A stretch of DNA of 64,000 nt from contig CAWFBL010000001.1 in the NCBI GenBank assembly GCA_963814065.1, positions 193,663-257,662 of the forward strand, written 5' to 3'. Numbering within the stretch: position 1 is the first letter of the stretch; each line of letters starts with the position of its first letter. The position numbers were made by a program, and so were the translations under genes. This stretch comes from an uncultured Pseudomonadota bacterium. GTDB taxonomy: Bacteria; Pseudomonadota; Alphaproteobacteria; Rhizobiales; Xanthobacteraceae. A model generated the notes under the pieces. That model did not search any database, was not told where the DNA came from, and saw only the letters and a list, made by a program, of their open reading frames with translations. This document shows, one piece after another, positions 19,453 to 28,343 of this stretch.

Positions 19453-20877
19453 ATGACAGTCGCTGTGAAGGCCCCGCTCGACGCCAATATCACGTCGGTG
19501 GTCGACGACATGGTTCGCCGCGCGCGCGCCGCCATGGCCGAGTTCGGCAAGGCGGATCAGGCGCGCGTCGACGAGGCGGTCACCGCGCTCGCCTGGGCGC
19601 TCTACAATCCGGCGCACGCCCAGGAACTGGCCGAGCTCGCGGTCGCCGACACCAAGCTCGGCAACGTGCCCGACAAGATCATCAAGAAGACGCGCAAGAC
19701 CTTCGGCACCTTGCGCGATCTGTTGCGGGTCAAGACCGTCGGCATCATCGAGGAAGACAAGGCGAAAGGCATCGTCAAGTACGCCAAGCCGGTCGGCGTG
19801 GTCTGCGCCATCACGCCGTCGACCAACCCGGGCGCCACGCCCGTCAACAAGGCGATGATGGCGATCAAGGGCGGCAATGCCGTCATTATCGCGTCCTCGC
19901 CCGCCGGCATGAAGACCACCGGCAAGACCGTCGATTACATGCGCGCCGAACTGAAGAAGATCGGCCTGCCGGAAGACCTGGTGCAAATCCTGCCGCCGCC
20001 GGCGTCCAAGGACATGACGCAGGCGCTGATGAAGGCGGCCGATCTGGTGGTCGCCACCGGCTCGCAGGACAATGTCCGCCGCGCCTATTCGAGCGGGACG
20101 CCGGCGATCGGCGTGGGCTTGGGCAACGTGCCCGTGATCGTCGACGAGACCGCCGATCTCGATGACGCGGCTGCCAAGATTTGCGCCTCCAAGATCTTCG
20201 ACAATTCGACCTCCTGCTCGTCGGAGAATTCGGTCATCCTGGTCGATGCCATCTACGACCAGGCCATCGCCGCGCTCGAGCGCGTCGGCGGTTACATGGC
20301 CTCGGCCGAGGAGAAGACGAAGATCCAGGCCGCGCTCTGGCCCGACGGCAAGCTCAGCCGCTATCTGATCGCGCGCGACGCCGACGTGCTGGCGCGCGGC
20401 TGCGGTCTGCCGGCGGAAGCGGAAGCCAAGAAGTTCTTCATGGTCGAGGAAACCGGCGTCGGCCGCGAGCATCCGTTCTCCGGCGAGAAGCTGTCGCTGG
20501 TCCTGACCGTCTACCGCGCCAAGGATTTCGAGGACGCGATCGCGATCTCGCATGCCATTCTCAATTATCAGGGCCGAGGCCATTCGGTCGGCCTGCACAC
20601 CAAGGACATGAGCCGCGGGCGCACGCTCGCCGAATGCTCCGACGTGGTGCGCGTGCTGATCAATCAGGCGCACACTTTCGGCAACGGCGGCGGTTTCGAT
20701 AACGGGCTGAACTTCACCCTCAGCATGGGTTGCGGCACTTGGGGCGGCAATTCCATCACCGACAACCTGAACTACACGAACTTCATCAACATCACCCACC
20801 TCGTCACCACCATTCCGGAAGACAAGCCGAGCGAGCAAGACCTGTTCGGCGCGTATTGGAAAAAGTACGGGAAATAG
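19453..20877 (+). CDS. CoA-acylating aldehyde dehydrogenase (EutE/PduP-like; candidate sulfoacetaldehyde dehydrogenase, acylating)
   Basis: 474 aa with ITPSTNPGATPVNKAMMAIKGGNAVI and NSTSCSSENSVILV (catalytic Cys), typical of the acylating ALDH subfamily. The substrate is inferred from the adjacent xsc. Confidence 0.8.
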   Translation: MTVAVKAPLDANITSVVDDMVRRARAAMAEFGKADQARVDEAVTALAWALYNPAHAQELAELAVADTKLGNVPDKIIKKTRKTFGTLRDLLRVKTVGIIEEDKAKGIVKYAKPVGVVCAITPSTNPGATPVNKAMMAIKGGNAVIIASSPAGMKTTGKTVDYMRAELKKIGLPEDLVQILPPPASKDMTQALMKAADLVVATGSQDNVRRAYSSGTPAIGVGLGNVPVIVDETADLDDAAAKICASKIFDNSTSCSSENSVILVDAIYDQAIAALERVGGYMASAEEKTKIQAALWPDGKLSRYLIARDADVLARGCGLPAEAEAKKFFMVEETGVGREHPFSGEKLSLVLTVYRAKDFEDAIAISHAILNYQGRGHSVGLHTKDMSRGRTLAECSDVVRVLINQAHTFGNGGGFDNGLNFTLSMGCGTWGGNSITDNLNYTNFINITHLVTTIPEDKPSEQDLFGAYWKKYGK

Positions 20878-20884
20878 TTCTGGT

Positions 20885-20978
20885 GTCGTCCCCGCGAAGG
20901 CGGGGACCCGGTACGCCGTGGTCTTTGATAGCGCGCGGCGTACTGGATCCCGGGTCTCGCTTCGCTCGCCCGGATGAC
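20885..20978. repeat. REP-like composite (GTCCCCGCGAAGGCGGGGAC hairpin plus a GGATCCCGGG...CCCGGATGAC hairpin)
   Basis: Hairpin at 20888-20907 is related to the 19336 copy. The second GC-rich inverted repeat lies at about 20946-20975. The element sits between the ALDH and the sucC-like gene. Confidence 0.7.
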
Positions 20979-21021
20979 AGCAGAGGATGCGGCGAACGCA
21001 TCGAACGACGGACCAAACACA

Positions 21022-22149
21022 ATGAACTTCGAAGAACACGCGGCGAAATCGCTGATCCTGATGCCCGCCGAGATCCCCGTGCCGCGCGGGGTGCTCTGCA
21101 CCAGCGCGGCGGAAGCCGCCAAGGCGGCGCAACAAATCGGCCCCTGCGTGGTCAAGGCGCAGGTGCCGACCGGCAAGCGCGGCAAGGCCGGCGGCATCAA
21201 GCTCGCCAACAGCCCTGCGGAAGCCGAGCGGGTGGCCGGCCAGATCCTCGGCATGACGATCGGTGATTACACGGTCGAGCGCCTGCTGATCGAGGAGCAG
21301 GGCAAGATCGAGCGCGAGTTCTACGCCGCCGTGCTGCACGACACCGCCGCGCGCAAGCCGCTGATCCTGTTCTCCACCGAAGGCGGCATGGATATCGAGG
21401 AGATCGCCGCCGAAAAGCCGCAGGCGATCCGCCGGCTGCTGGTCGAGATCGGCGGTGCGCCGACGTCGCACGACATCGCCGACATGCTCGCCGGCCTCGA
21501 TCTCGGCGATGCCGAGGCGCAGATCGCCGACATCCTCGAAAGGCTTTACGCCGCTTACCGCGCGCGCGACGCCGAGCTCTTGGAGATCAATCCGCTGGCG
21601 CTGCTCGCCGACGGCCGGGTGGTGGCGCTCGATTGCAAGTTCGTGCTCGACGATGCCGCTGTCTATCGCCAGGCGCAGATCGCGCCGCACGGCTCGCCCG
21701 GCGCCATGACCGAGCTGGAGCGGCGCGGGGCCGAGGCCGGCCTCAAGCTCATCCAGCTTGACGGCAATGTCGGCGTGCTCGCCAACGGCGCCGGCCTCAC
21801 CATGACCACCATGGATGTGATCAGCCATTTCGGCGGCCGGCCGGCCAACTTTCTCGAGATCGGCGGCGAGGCCTACACCAAGGCCGAGATCGCGCTCGAT
21901 CTGGTGCTGTCCAATCCCGGCGTCAAAAGCCTGGTGATCAATTTCTGCGGCGCCTTCGCCCGCACCGACGTGATGGCCGATGGCGTGGTGAAGGCTTGGG
22001 CTAAGTTGAAACCGAAGGTGCCGGTGTTCTTCTCCATCCACGGCACCGGCGAGGACGAAGCGGTGGCGCTGGTGCGCCAGCAGCTCGGCATCGAACCCTA
22101 CGATTTCATGGAAGACGCCATCCAGGCGGCGGTGAAGGCAGCGCAATGA
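21022..22149 (+). CDS. ADP-forming acyl-CoA ligase beta subunit (succinyl-CoA synthetase SucC-like, ATP-grasp)
   Basis: N-terminus MNFEEHAAKSLIL...VVKAQVPTGKRGKAGGIKLA aligns with the SucC N-terminus (MNxHEYQAK...KAQV..GGRGKAGGV). Also NPL...DCKFVLDDAA and NGAGLTMTTMD. I chose the ATG at 21022 because the earlier ATG lies inside the REP element. Confidence 0.85.
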   Translation: MNFEEHAAKSLILMPAEIPVPRGVLCTSAAEAAKAAQQIGPCVVKAQVPTGKRGKAGGIKLANSPAEAERVAGQILGMTIGDYTVERLLIEEQGKIEREFYAAVLHDTAARKPLILFSTEGGMDIEEIAAEKPQAIRRLLVEIGGAPTSHDIADMLAGLDLGDAEAQIADILERLYAAYRARDAELLEINPLALLADGRVVALDCKFVLDDAAVYRQAQIAPHGSPGAMTELERRGAEAGLKLIQLDGNVGVLANGAGLTMTTMDVISHFGGRPANFLEIGGEAYTKAEIALDLVLSNPGVKSLVINFCGAFARTDVMADGVVKAWAKLKPKVPVFFSIHGTGEDEAVALVRQQLGIEPYDFMEDAIQAAVKAAQ

Positions 22150-23010
22150 TTGTTCGTAAAAATGACCGCGTGATCGTGCTCGGCATCACCGGCAAGCAAG
22201 GCACGTTCTGGACCGAGAAGATGATCGCCTACGGCACCAATGTGGTGGCCGGGGTCCATCCCAAGGGGGCGGGCGAAGATCATGTCGGCGTGCCGGTGTT
22301 CGCCTCCACCGCGGAGGCGGTCAAAGCGGTCGGCGGCGACGTCGCGGTCATGTTCATCCCGCCGCCGATGGCGAAGGACGCCGCGGTGTCGGCGGCCGAA
22401 GCCGGCGTCAAGCTCCTGGTGGTGCTCACCGAACACATCCCGGCGCAGGACGTGATGGCGATGCATGCGGCTGCCGCCAGGCACGGCACGCGCATCGTCG
22501 GCCCCAACACCGCCGGCCTGGTGACGCCGGGCCAATGCTTCGTCGGCATCATGCCGGCCTTCGTGCCGAGCGTATTCGCGCCCGGCCGCGTCGGCGTGAT
22601 CTCGCGCAGCGGCAGCCTCGGCACGCTGGTCTGCCTCAACCTCACCCGCGCCGGTCTCGGCCAATCGGCCTTCATCGGTATCGGCGGCGATCCCATGCTC
22701 GGCACCACGACCACGCAGGCGCTACAGGCGTTGGACAACGATGCCGGCACCGACGCCATCGTCATCGTCGGCGAGATCGGCGGCGGCATGGAAGAGGCGG
22801 CCGCCGAGTACGCGAAGAAGGTGCGCAAACCGATGGTCGCCTTCATCGCCGGCGCCGCGTCGCCGCCGGGCAAGAAGATGGGGCATGCCGGCGCCATCGT
22901 CACCGGCAACGCGGGGAGCTATGCGGGCAAGCGCAAGGCGCTGGAAGCGGCAGGTGTCACGGTCGTCGACACGCCCGCCCAGATCGCGCCTGCGATCGCT
23001 GCCGGGTTGA
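22146..23010 (+). CDS. ADP-forming acyl-CoA ligase alpha subunit (SucD-like); normal stop codon missing, literal ORF runs on to 24374
   Basis: ATGA start/stop overlap with the sucC-like gene. SucD motifs present: VIVLGITGKQGTF, GPNTAGLV, SRSGSLG, GIGGDP, and MGHAGAIV (phosphohistidine loop). Homology ends near aa 288 (..PAQIAPAIAAGLK). The current frame has no stop for another 1.36 kb. A TGA lies in the +1 frame at 23008-23010. Confidence 0.75.
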
Positions 23011-23054
23011 AAGACGCCGCTGCGTCAAGCCGCGGCGCAATAGCGTATTCGCAT

Positions 23055-23081
23055 CTCCCTCTCCGCAACGGGGAGAGGGAG
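23055..23081. terminator. Perfect 10-bp stem hairpin (CTCCCTCTCC-n7-GGAGAGGGAG) between the convergent sucD-like and LysR genes
   Basis: Seen directly in the sequence. The position fits a bidirectional terminator or REP. The open sucD-like frame reads straight through it. Confidence 0.55.
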
Positions 23082-23147
23082 CGCGCTACGCTCGCCGCAT
23101 TGCTTCAGCTTAGAACGAACCGCCTGGAAATTCCCACATGCCGCCGC

Positions 23148-24056
23148 CTAAGCGGTGCGCACCGGCCGCGGCTCGCTAACTTTGGTGACGATGCTGAGGA
23201 ACGCTTGCGCGGCCTTGGACTGATAGCGCTCGTGGTGACGCACCACGAGGAATGGGCGCGTCGGCAACTTGAACGTCATCGCCACCAGCGTGCCGGCGCG
23301 CAGTGCCGCTTCCACCACCAGTTCCGAGATCGCGGTCACGCCGGCGCCGGCTTCGATGGCGGAGCGCACGGCTTCGTTGGTCGGCAGTTCGAGCGCGACC
23401 TTCAGCGCCTTCGGCGATACTCCCCGGCCGGCGAGGAACGCTTCGAACTCCGAGCGCGTGCCGGAGCCCGGCTCGCGCAGCACCCACTCGCCGTCGGCAA
23501 TGTCCCGCTCTGTCAGGCGTTTCTTGCGGGCCCACGGATGATCGGCGGCAACGACGACGACCAGCCGGTCGTGGTCGATGGTGCTTTGCAGGAGGGCCGC
23601 ATCCTCGACACGGCCCTCGACGAAGCCGAGCTCGGCGTCGCCGTCATGCACGGCTTTGGCCACCTGGGCGGTGTTGCCGACCGTGAGCTTGATGTCGATC
23701 TGCGGATGGGCGCGGCGGAAGGCGACCAGGCGCGGCGGCAGCCAGTAGCTGGCAATGGTCTGGCTGGCCTGGACGCTGAGCGTGCCGCGCTTGAGGCCGG
23801 TCAGTTCCGAAAGCGCGAGTTCCGCTGCGGCGGCGCGGGCGAGGACTGCCCGGGCCTCATTCAGGAACAGCCGGCCTTCGGCGTTCAATTCGATGCGGCG
23901 GCCGACCCGGTCGAACAGCGCCACGCCGTACTGGTTCTCGAGGGCGGCGACGGCGGCGCTGACGGCGGACTGGGTCAGGCGCAGCGTCTCGGCCGCGCGG
24001 GTCACATGCTCACATTCGGCGACGGCGACAAAGATGCGGAGCTGCTCAAGCGTCAT
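23148..24056 (-). CDS. LysR family transcriptional regulator
   Basis: N-terminal HTH MTLEQLRIFVAVAECEHVTRAAETLRLTQSAVSAAVAALE..., 302 aa. The start lies 3 nt after the stop of the upstream YeiH-family gene, so the two form an operon. Confidence 0.9.
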   Translation of the reverse strand: MTLEQLRIFVAVAECEHVTRAAETLRLTQSAVSAAVAALENQYGVALFDRVGRRIELNAEGRLFLNEARAVLARAAAAELALSELTGLKRGTLSVQASQTIASYWLPPRLVAFRRAHPQIDIKLTVGNTAQVAKAVHDGDAELGFVEGRVEDAALLQSTIDHDRLVVVVAADHPWARKKRLTERDIADGEWVLREPGSGTRSEFEAFLAGRGVSPKALKVALELPTNEAVRSAIEAGAGVTAISELVVEAALRAGTLVAMTFKLPTRPFLVVRHHERYQSKAAQAFLSIVTKVSEPRPVRTA

Positions 24057-24059
24057 GCC

Positions 24060-25115
24060 TCAAGAATAGACGGTCAGCTTCACCAGCACGAGTGCGAAGA
24101 TGGCGATAAAGAGCCACGCGGCCGCGGCCAGCGCCAGGGGCTTCAGCCCTTCGGCCTTGAGCTTGCGGAAGTCGGTCTCGATCCCCATGGCCGCCAGCGC
24201 CATGGACAGCAGGAAGGTGGTCACGACCGCGATCCAGGCCTTGGGGGCGGCCGGGATGGTGACGACGCTGTTGAGGATCACCAGGGCGACGAAGCCGAGC
24301 ACGAACCAGGGCATGGGCGGCGCGGCGCGGGAGCCGCTGTCGGTGGTATGGGCGGCGCGGCGCATGGCGACTAGGCCGAGGGTGATGACGACCGGGGCCA
24401 GCATCATGACACGGGTGAGCTTGGCCACGGTGCCGATCTCGCCGGCATGGGCGCCGTCCTGGAAGGCGGCGGCGACGACCTGGGCGATCTCGTGGATCGA
24501 GGCGCCGGTCCACAGGCCGAAGGCTTGCGGATTGAGGTGCAGCAGGCCCGGCAGCAAGGGGTAAAGGAACATCGAGAGCGAGCCGAACACAGTGACGCAA
24601 GCCACCGCATAGGCCACGTCCTCGTCGCGGCCGCCGGTCACCGTATTGGTCGCGATCACCGCCGATGCACCACAGATCGAGGTGCCGGCCGCGATCAGCT
24701 CGGCGACTTTGCGGTCGACGCCCATCAGGCGGCCGAGCCACTTGGTGAAGACGAAAGTCGCGATCAGGGTGGTGGCAATGATGGCCACGCCGCTCATGCC
24801 GACCTGCGCGACCTGCGAGGCCATGAGCTGCAGACCGAGCAGGATGATGCCGAGCCGCAGCACCCGCTTCAGGCTGAAGGTGACGCCGGGCTTGGCCCAG
24901 CTCGGCGTGCCGATGACGTTGTGGAAGGCCATGCCGATCAAGGTGGCGAGGATCATCGGGCTCAGGATCGCCACGCCCGGGATGTGACGCAGGGCAAAGG
25001 CCAGCCCCGCCACGCCCGCCGTCAGCACCAGGCCAGGGACCACGGCGATGAGATCGCCGCGCGCCGGGCGGGCTATCCGCGATACGGATTGTTGGGCGGT
25101 GGCGATCTCGGACAT
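24060..25115 (-). CDS. YeiH/UPF0324 family membrane protein (annotated in databases as putative sulfate exporter family transporter)
   Basis: About 351-aa polytopic protein with YeiH-like segments ([28 protein letters not shown]). I chose the ATG at 25115, preceded by AAAGGAG at a 7-nt spacing. The longer ORF start at 25163 lacks an RBS. Confidence 0.8.
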   Translation of the reverse strand: MSEIATAQQSVSRIARPARGDLIAVVPGLVLTAGVAGLAFALRHIPGVAILSPMILATLIGMAFHNVIGTPSWAKPGVTFSLKRVLRLGIILLGLQLMASQVAQVGMSGVAIIATTLIATFVFTKWLGRLMGVDRKVAELIAAGTSICGASAVIATNTVTGGRDEDVAYAVACVTVFGSLSMFLYPLLPGLLHLNPQAFGLWTGASIHEIAQVVAAAFQDGAHAGEIGTVAKLTRVMMLAPVVITLGLVAMRRAAHTTDSGSRAAPPMPWFVLGFVALVILNSVVTIPAAPKAWIAVVTTFLLSMALAAMGIETDFRKLKAEGLKPLALAAAAWLFIAIFALVLVKLTVYS

Positions 25116-25186
25116 GACTGGGCTCCTTTTCGGGGCCCAATATGCTGCGTCGCGGCTAATCAATCCAACTTATTATTATTATAGTA

Positions 25187-25207
25187 TCGTTCGAAAATAT
25201 AGAACGA
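25187..25207. promoter_or_regulatory. Palindrome TCGTTC-gaaaatata-GAACGA in an A/T-rich stretch upstream of the yeiH-lysR operon (candidate LysR-type site)
   Basis: 6-bp perfect inverted arms around a 9-nt A/T spacer, 72-92 nt upstream of the yeiH-family start. It sits in the only strongly A/T-rich segment of this region (25160-25210, includes a (TAT)4 run). Confidence 0.4.
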
Positions 25208-25276
25208 ATGTCGCGCGCCGGCCGACGCCGCCTTGCGGCTCTGGACTGCCCGCGCGGTTGCCGCGCGAGGCGCCGA

Positions 25277-25720
25277 TCAACGGTGCCGCGCCGTCACCAC
25301 GACGTCACGCAGCAGGTTGATCTCTTCTTCCGATTCCTGCAGCCGCAGCGCCAAGGTATCGCGGATGGACAGCATTCCGATCACGCGCTCGCCCTCGACC
25401 ACCGGCACATGGCGAAAATGGTGGCGCTTCATCAGGTCCTGCGCGCCCTGCATGCTTTCCTCGGCGCCGCAGCTCACGACAGGTTTCGTCATGATGTCGC
25501 GCGCCCGCAAATGCCGCAATTCGCTCCATTCGGTGGTTGCGAAGGTCCGCACCAGATCCCGCTCGGAGATGATGCCGATCATGTTGATGCCGTGCTCGCA
25601 GACGGGCAGGGCGCCGATGCCGTGCGCATACATGCGCTTGGCGACGGCCACCAGCGTGTCCTCCGACATGCAGGTCACGAGCCGCTGACGCGAGCGCTTG
25701 AGAAAGTCGCCGATCTTCAT
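25277..25720 (-). CDS. CBS domain pair protein
   Basis: 147 aa with two CBS-like repeats (GIGALPVCEHG..IGIISERDL and HFRHVPVVEGERVIGMLSIRD). Strong SD GGGAGGAAGG. Confidence 0.85.
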   Translation of the reverse strand: MKIGDFLKRSRQRLVTCMSEDTLVAVAKRMYAHGIGALPVCEHGINMIGIISERDLVRTFATTEWSELRHLRARDIMTKPVVSCGAEESMQGAQDLMKRHHFRHVPVVEGERVIGMLSIRDTLALRLQESEEEINLLRDVVVTARHR

Positions 25721-26076
25721 GGCCTTCCTCCCTTGCTGCCATTTCTTGTGCTTTTTTTCTTGTATTTCTCGTCAGGTGCCGAGCGCGAACGCCCTGCGCT
25801 TGGGCGAGACCGGCGCTGGCGTTGTCGCCGTGTCGCGGGATCGTCGGCACCGACATTTTGGTGATGATTGTACGACATTCCCGACCGCGTGCAATGTGCC
25901 CTCGGGCCTGCAGGCCTTATTGATCGCGGTACGCGTTTAGTTTGTTCGCTTCGATTGATGAAGCGCAACAATTCCAAAACGATATCTAAGGGTGCTAATA
26001 CCGTCGCCGTTGCGGCGAGGGCGCAGCCCTTGCCGTCGGGAAAACGCCAGGAATGACAAGTCGGGGGATCGGTCTC

Positions 26077-27252
26077 ATGTCAAAGCTTGTACCGCCGCAC
26101 GGCAGTGACGAATTGATGCCGCTGCTTTTGCCGGAAACGGAGCGCGCGGAAACCCTGCGCCGGGCCAAGACGCTCAAGCAGGTGCCGATGACCAGCCGCG
26201 AGACGTCCGACTTCCTGATGCTGGGCATGGGCGCCTATACGCCGCTGACCGGCTTCATGGGGCACGACGACTGGCGCGGCTGCTGCGCCGACATGAAGCT
26301 CGCCGGCGGCCTGTTCTGGCCGATCCCGATTACGCTGTCCTGCACGCAGGAGCTCGCCGACAGCATCGCGGTCGAGGAAGAGGTGGCGCTGGTCGACGCG
26401 GATTCGGGCGAGGTGATGGGCACGCTCGAGGTCACGGAGAAATACAAGATCGACAAGGCCTTCGAGTGCGAGCACGTGTTCCGCACCGCCGATCCCAAGC
26501 ATCCGGGCGTGGCCAAGGTCATGGGGCAGGGCGACGTCAATCTCGCCGGCCGCGTGACGGCGGTGAGCGAGGGCGTCTACCCGCAGCTATATAAGGGTCT
26601 CTATTACCGGCCGGCGGAAACCCGCGCGCTGTTCACCGACAAAGGCTGGAGCCGGGTGGCGGCGTTCCAGACCCGCAACCCCATGCACCGCAGTCACGAG
26701 CATCTGGCCAAGATCGCCATCGAGATTTGCGACGGCCTGCTCATCCACCAGGTGCTGGGCGCGCTCAAGGGCGGCGACATCCCGGCCGAGGTGCGGGTCA
26801 AGGCGATCGATGCGCTGACCGAGCAATATTTCGTGCCCGGCACCTATATCCAGGCCGGCTACCCGATCGAGATGCGTTACGCCGGCCCGCGCGAGGCGTT
26901 GCTGCACGCGGTGTTCCGCCAGAACTTCGGCTGTTCGCACCTTGTGATCGGGCGCGACCACGCCGGGGTCGGCAGTTATTACGGCCCATTCGACGCCCAG
27001 CACATTTTCGATCAGCTCGCGCCCGGCAGCCTGGTCATTCAGCCGCTCAAGATCGACGTCACCTTCTACTGCTACAAGTGCGGTGGCATGGCGACGGCGC
27101 GCACCTGCCCGCACAGCAACGACGAGCGGCTGCAAATTTCCGGCACGCGGCTGCGCGAGATGTTCTCAAACGGCGAGAAAATTCCGGAAGAATTCAGCCG
27201 GCCGGAAGTGGTCGCGGTATTGCAGGAATATTACTCGGGGCTGAAATCATAG
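26077..27252 (+). CDS. sat: Sulfate adenylyltransferase (ATP sulfurylase, homo-oligomeric Sat type)
   Basis: Motifs [22 protein letters not shown] and PFDAQ. 391 aa counted from the ATG at 26077, which has GGGGGA 7 nt upstream. Confidence 0.9.
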   Translation: MSKLVPPHGSDELMPLLLPETERAETLRRAKTLKQVPMTSRETSDFLMLGMGAYTPLTGFMGHDDWRGCCADMKLAGGLFWPIPITLSCTQELADSIAVEEEVALVDADSGEVMGTLEVTEKYKIDKAFECEHVFRTADPKHPGVAKVMGQGDVNLAGRVTAVSEGVYPQLYKGLYYRPAETRALFTDKGWSRVAAFQTRNPMHRSHEHLAKIAIEICDGLLIHQVLGALKGGDIPAEVRVKAIDALTEQYFVPGTYIQAGYPIEMRYAGPREALLHAVFRQNFGCSHLVIGRDHAGVGSYYGPFDAQHIFDQLAPGSLVIQPLKIDVTFYCYKCGGMATARTCPHSNDERLQISGTRLREMFSNGEKIPEEFSRPEVVAVLQEYYSGLKS

Positions 27253-27270
27253 GCCTCGGACTTCCGCACC

Positions 27271-28062
27271 ATGATCATCGCGCAAATCTCCGACACCCAC
27301 ATCGCCCTCGATACGCCCGACGCCGATCGGCGCATAAGCGACTTCGAGCGCGCGCTCGCGGATATCAATGCGCTCGACCCGGCTCCCGACGTCATCGTCC
27401 ACACCGGCGATATCGTCCATAACGGCCGGCCCGACGAATACGCGCGCGCCGTGGCCATCCTCGGCAAGGCGCGCGCGCCGGTCTACGTGCTCCCAGGCAA
27501 CAAGGACGACCGGACGAATCTGCGCGCGGCCTTTGTGCCGCGCGGCTATCTCGCGCCGAGTTCCGACTTCATCGACTATGCGGTCGAGGACTATCCGGTC
27601 AGGCTGATCGCGCTCGACACTCAGAGCGCGCGCAGCAACAAGGGCGACTTCTGCGCCGCGCGTGTCAGGCATCTCGCCGACATGATCGGCGCCGAGACCA
27701 GCAAGCCGATCGCGGTCTTCCTGCATCATCCGCCGTTCGAGGTTCCGGTGGGGCCCGACCCCATCAACTACGACACGCCGGAAGTGATGACGCGGCTTAG
27801 CGAAGGCTTGCAGCGCTCCGGCCGGGTCATTGCGGTGATCGGCGGCCATGTCCACCGCGGCACCGGCGGTTATGTCGGCGACATTCCGGCGACCGTCATG
27901 CCGAGCATTGCAACCACGCTGCGCCGGGGCGACTACCCGGCGGACATGAAGACGCGTCCGGTCTATCACATCCACCGGTTCGATCCGGCGCGGGGCTTTT
28001 CGACCGAAACGCGGATTGTCGAGCCGGCGGCCGCCTCGGCCCGCGACTCCGACGCCGCCTAG
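27271..28062 (+). CDS. Metallophosphoesterase (calcineurin-like; CpdA-type phosphodiesterase family)
   Basis: Motifs ISDTHI, HTGDIVHNG, PGNKDD, FLHHPPF and GGHVHR. It starts 18 nt after the sat stop and is probably co-transcribed. Confidence 0.85.
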   Translation: MIIAQISDTHIALDTPDADRRISDFERALADINALDPAPDVIVHTGDIVHNGRPDEYARAVAILGKARAPVYVLPGNKDDRTNLRAAFVPRGYLAPSSDFIDYAVEDYPVRLIALDTQSARSNKGDFCAARVRHLADMIGAETSKPIAVFLHHPPFEVPVGPDPINYDTPEVMTRLSEGLQRSGRVIAVIGGHVHRGTGGYVGDIPATVMPSIATTLRRGDYPADMKTRPVYHIHRFDPARGFSTETRIVEPAAASARDSDAA

Positions 28063-28343
28063 CGCCGCGACCTTTGCGCAGGCGCTGCCGCGGAAGCGCG
28101 GCGCATCGCCTTGTTCGTCTTCACCGGCATTGCCGGCATGCTCCGCTTGCATCCGACGGGACGGCAACTGACTGCCAGTCATCTCGGAACACGTGCGGCG
28201 CGGCGTAGAGTCCCACGACGTGAGACAAAACTTATCCTTGAGTGAAATATCGGTTTTTGTGAAACTAGCTTTCGATCTTCCGAATGTCCGGTCTTTCGAA
28301 CGTACCGCCAATTCCCGCGTGTGCCGAACGAGGCAGGCCTTCG

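Noticed and set aside
17387-22146. Very long antisense ORFs (645 aa at 17387-19324 and 1028 aa at 19060-22146). Similar ones occur at 1066-2526, 16476-17459, 42615-44153, 54545-56251 and 58072-59877.
   Set aside because: They lie exactly opposite well-supported genes (xsc, ALDH, sucC-like, sulfatase, IclR, deaminase, SBP, ATPase). Their translations are Arg/Ala/Gly/His-rich low-complexity sequence with no recognisable motifs. Stop-poor antisense frames are expected in high-GC DNA.
22146-24374. The 742-aa ORF as a genuine SucD fusion protein with a novel 450-aa C-terminal domain.
   Set aside because: Beyond about aa 288 the translation is Arg/Ala/Gly-rich. It is the mirror of the real LysR and YeiH-family genes on the other strand, and it passes through a perfect terminator-like hairpin. 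A lost stop or indel is the simpler explanation.
25721-26076. A possible sulfur/SAM-responsive riboswitch or sRNA in the 356-bp region upstream of sat.
   Set aside because: I could not recognise a SAM-II or other known riboswitch core, or a convincing conserved pseudoknot, by eye. The region is also a divergent promoter for the CBS gene. A covariance-model search would be needed.
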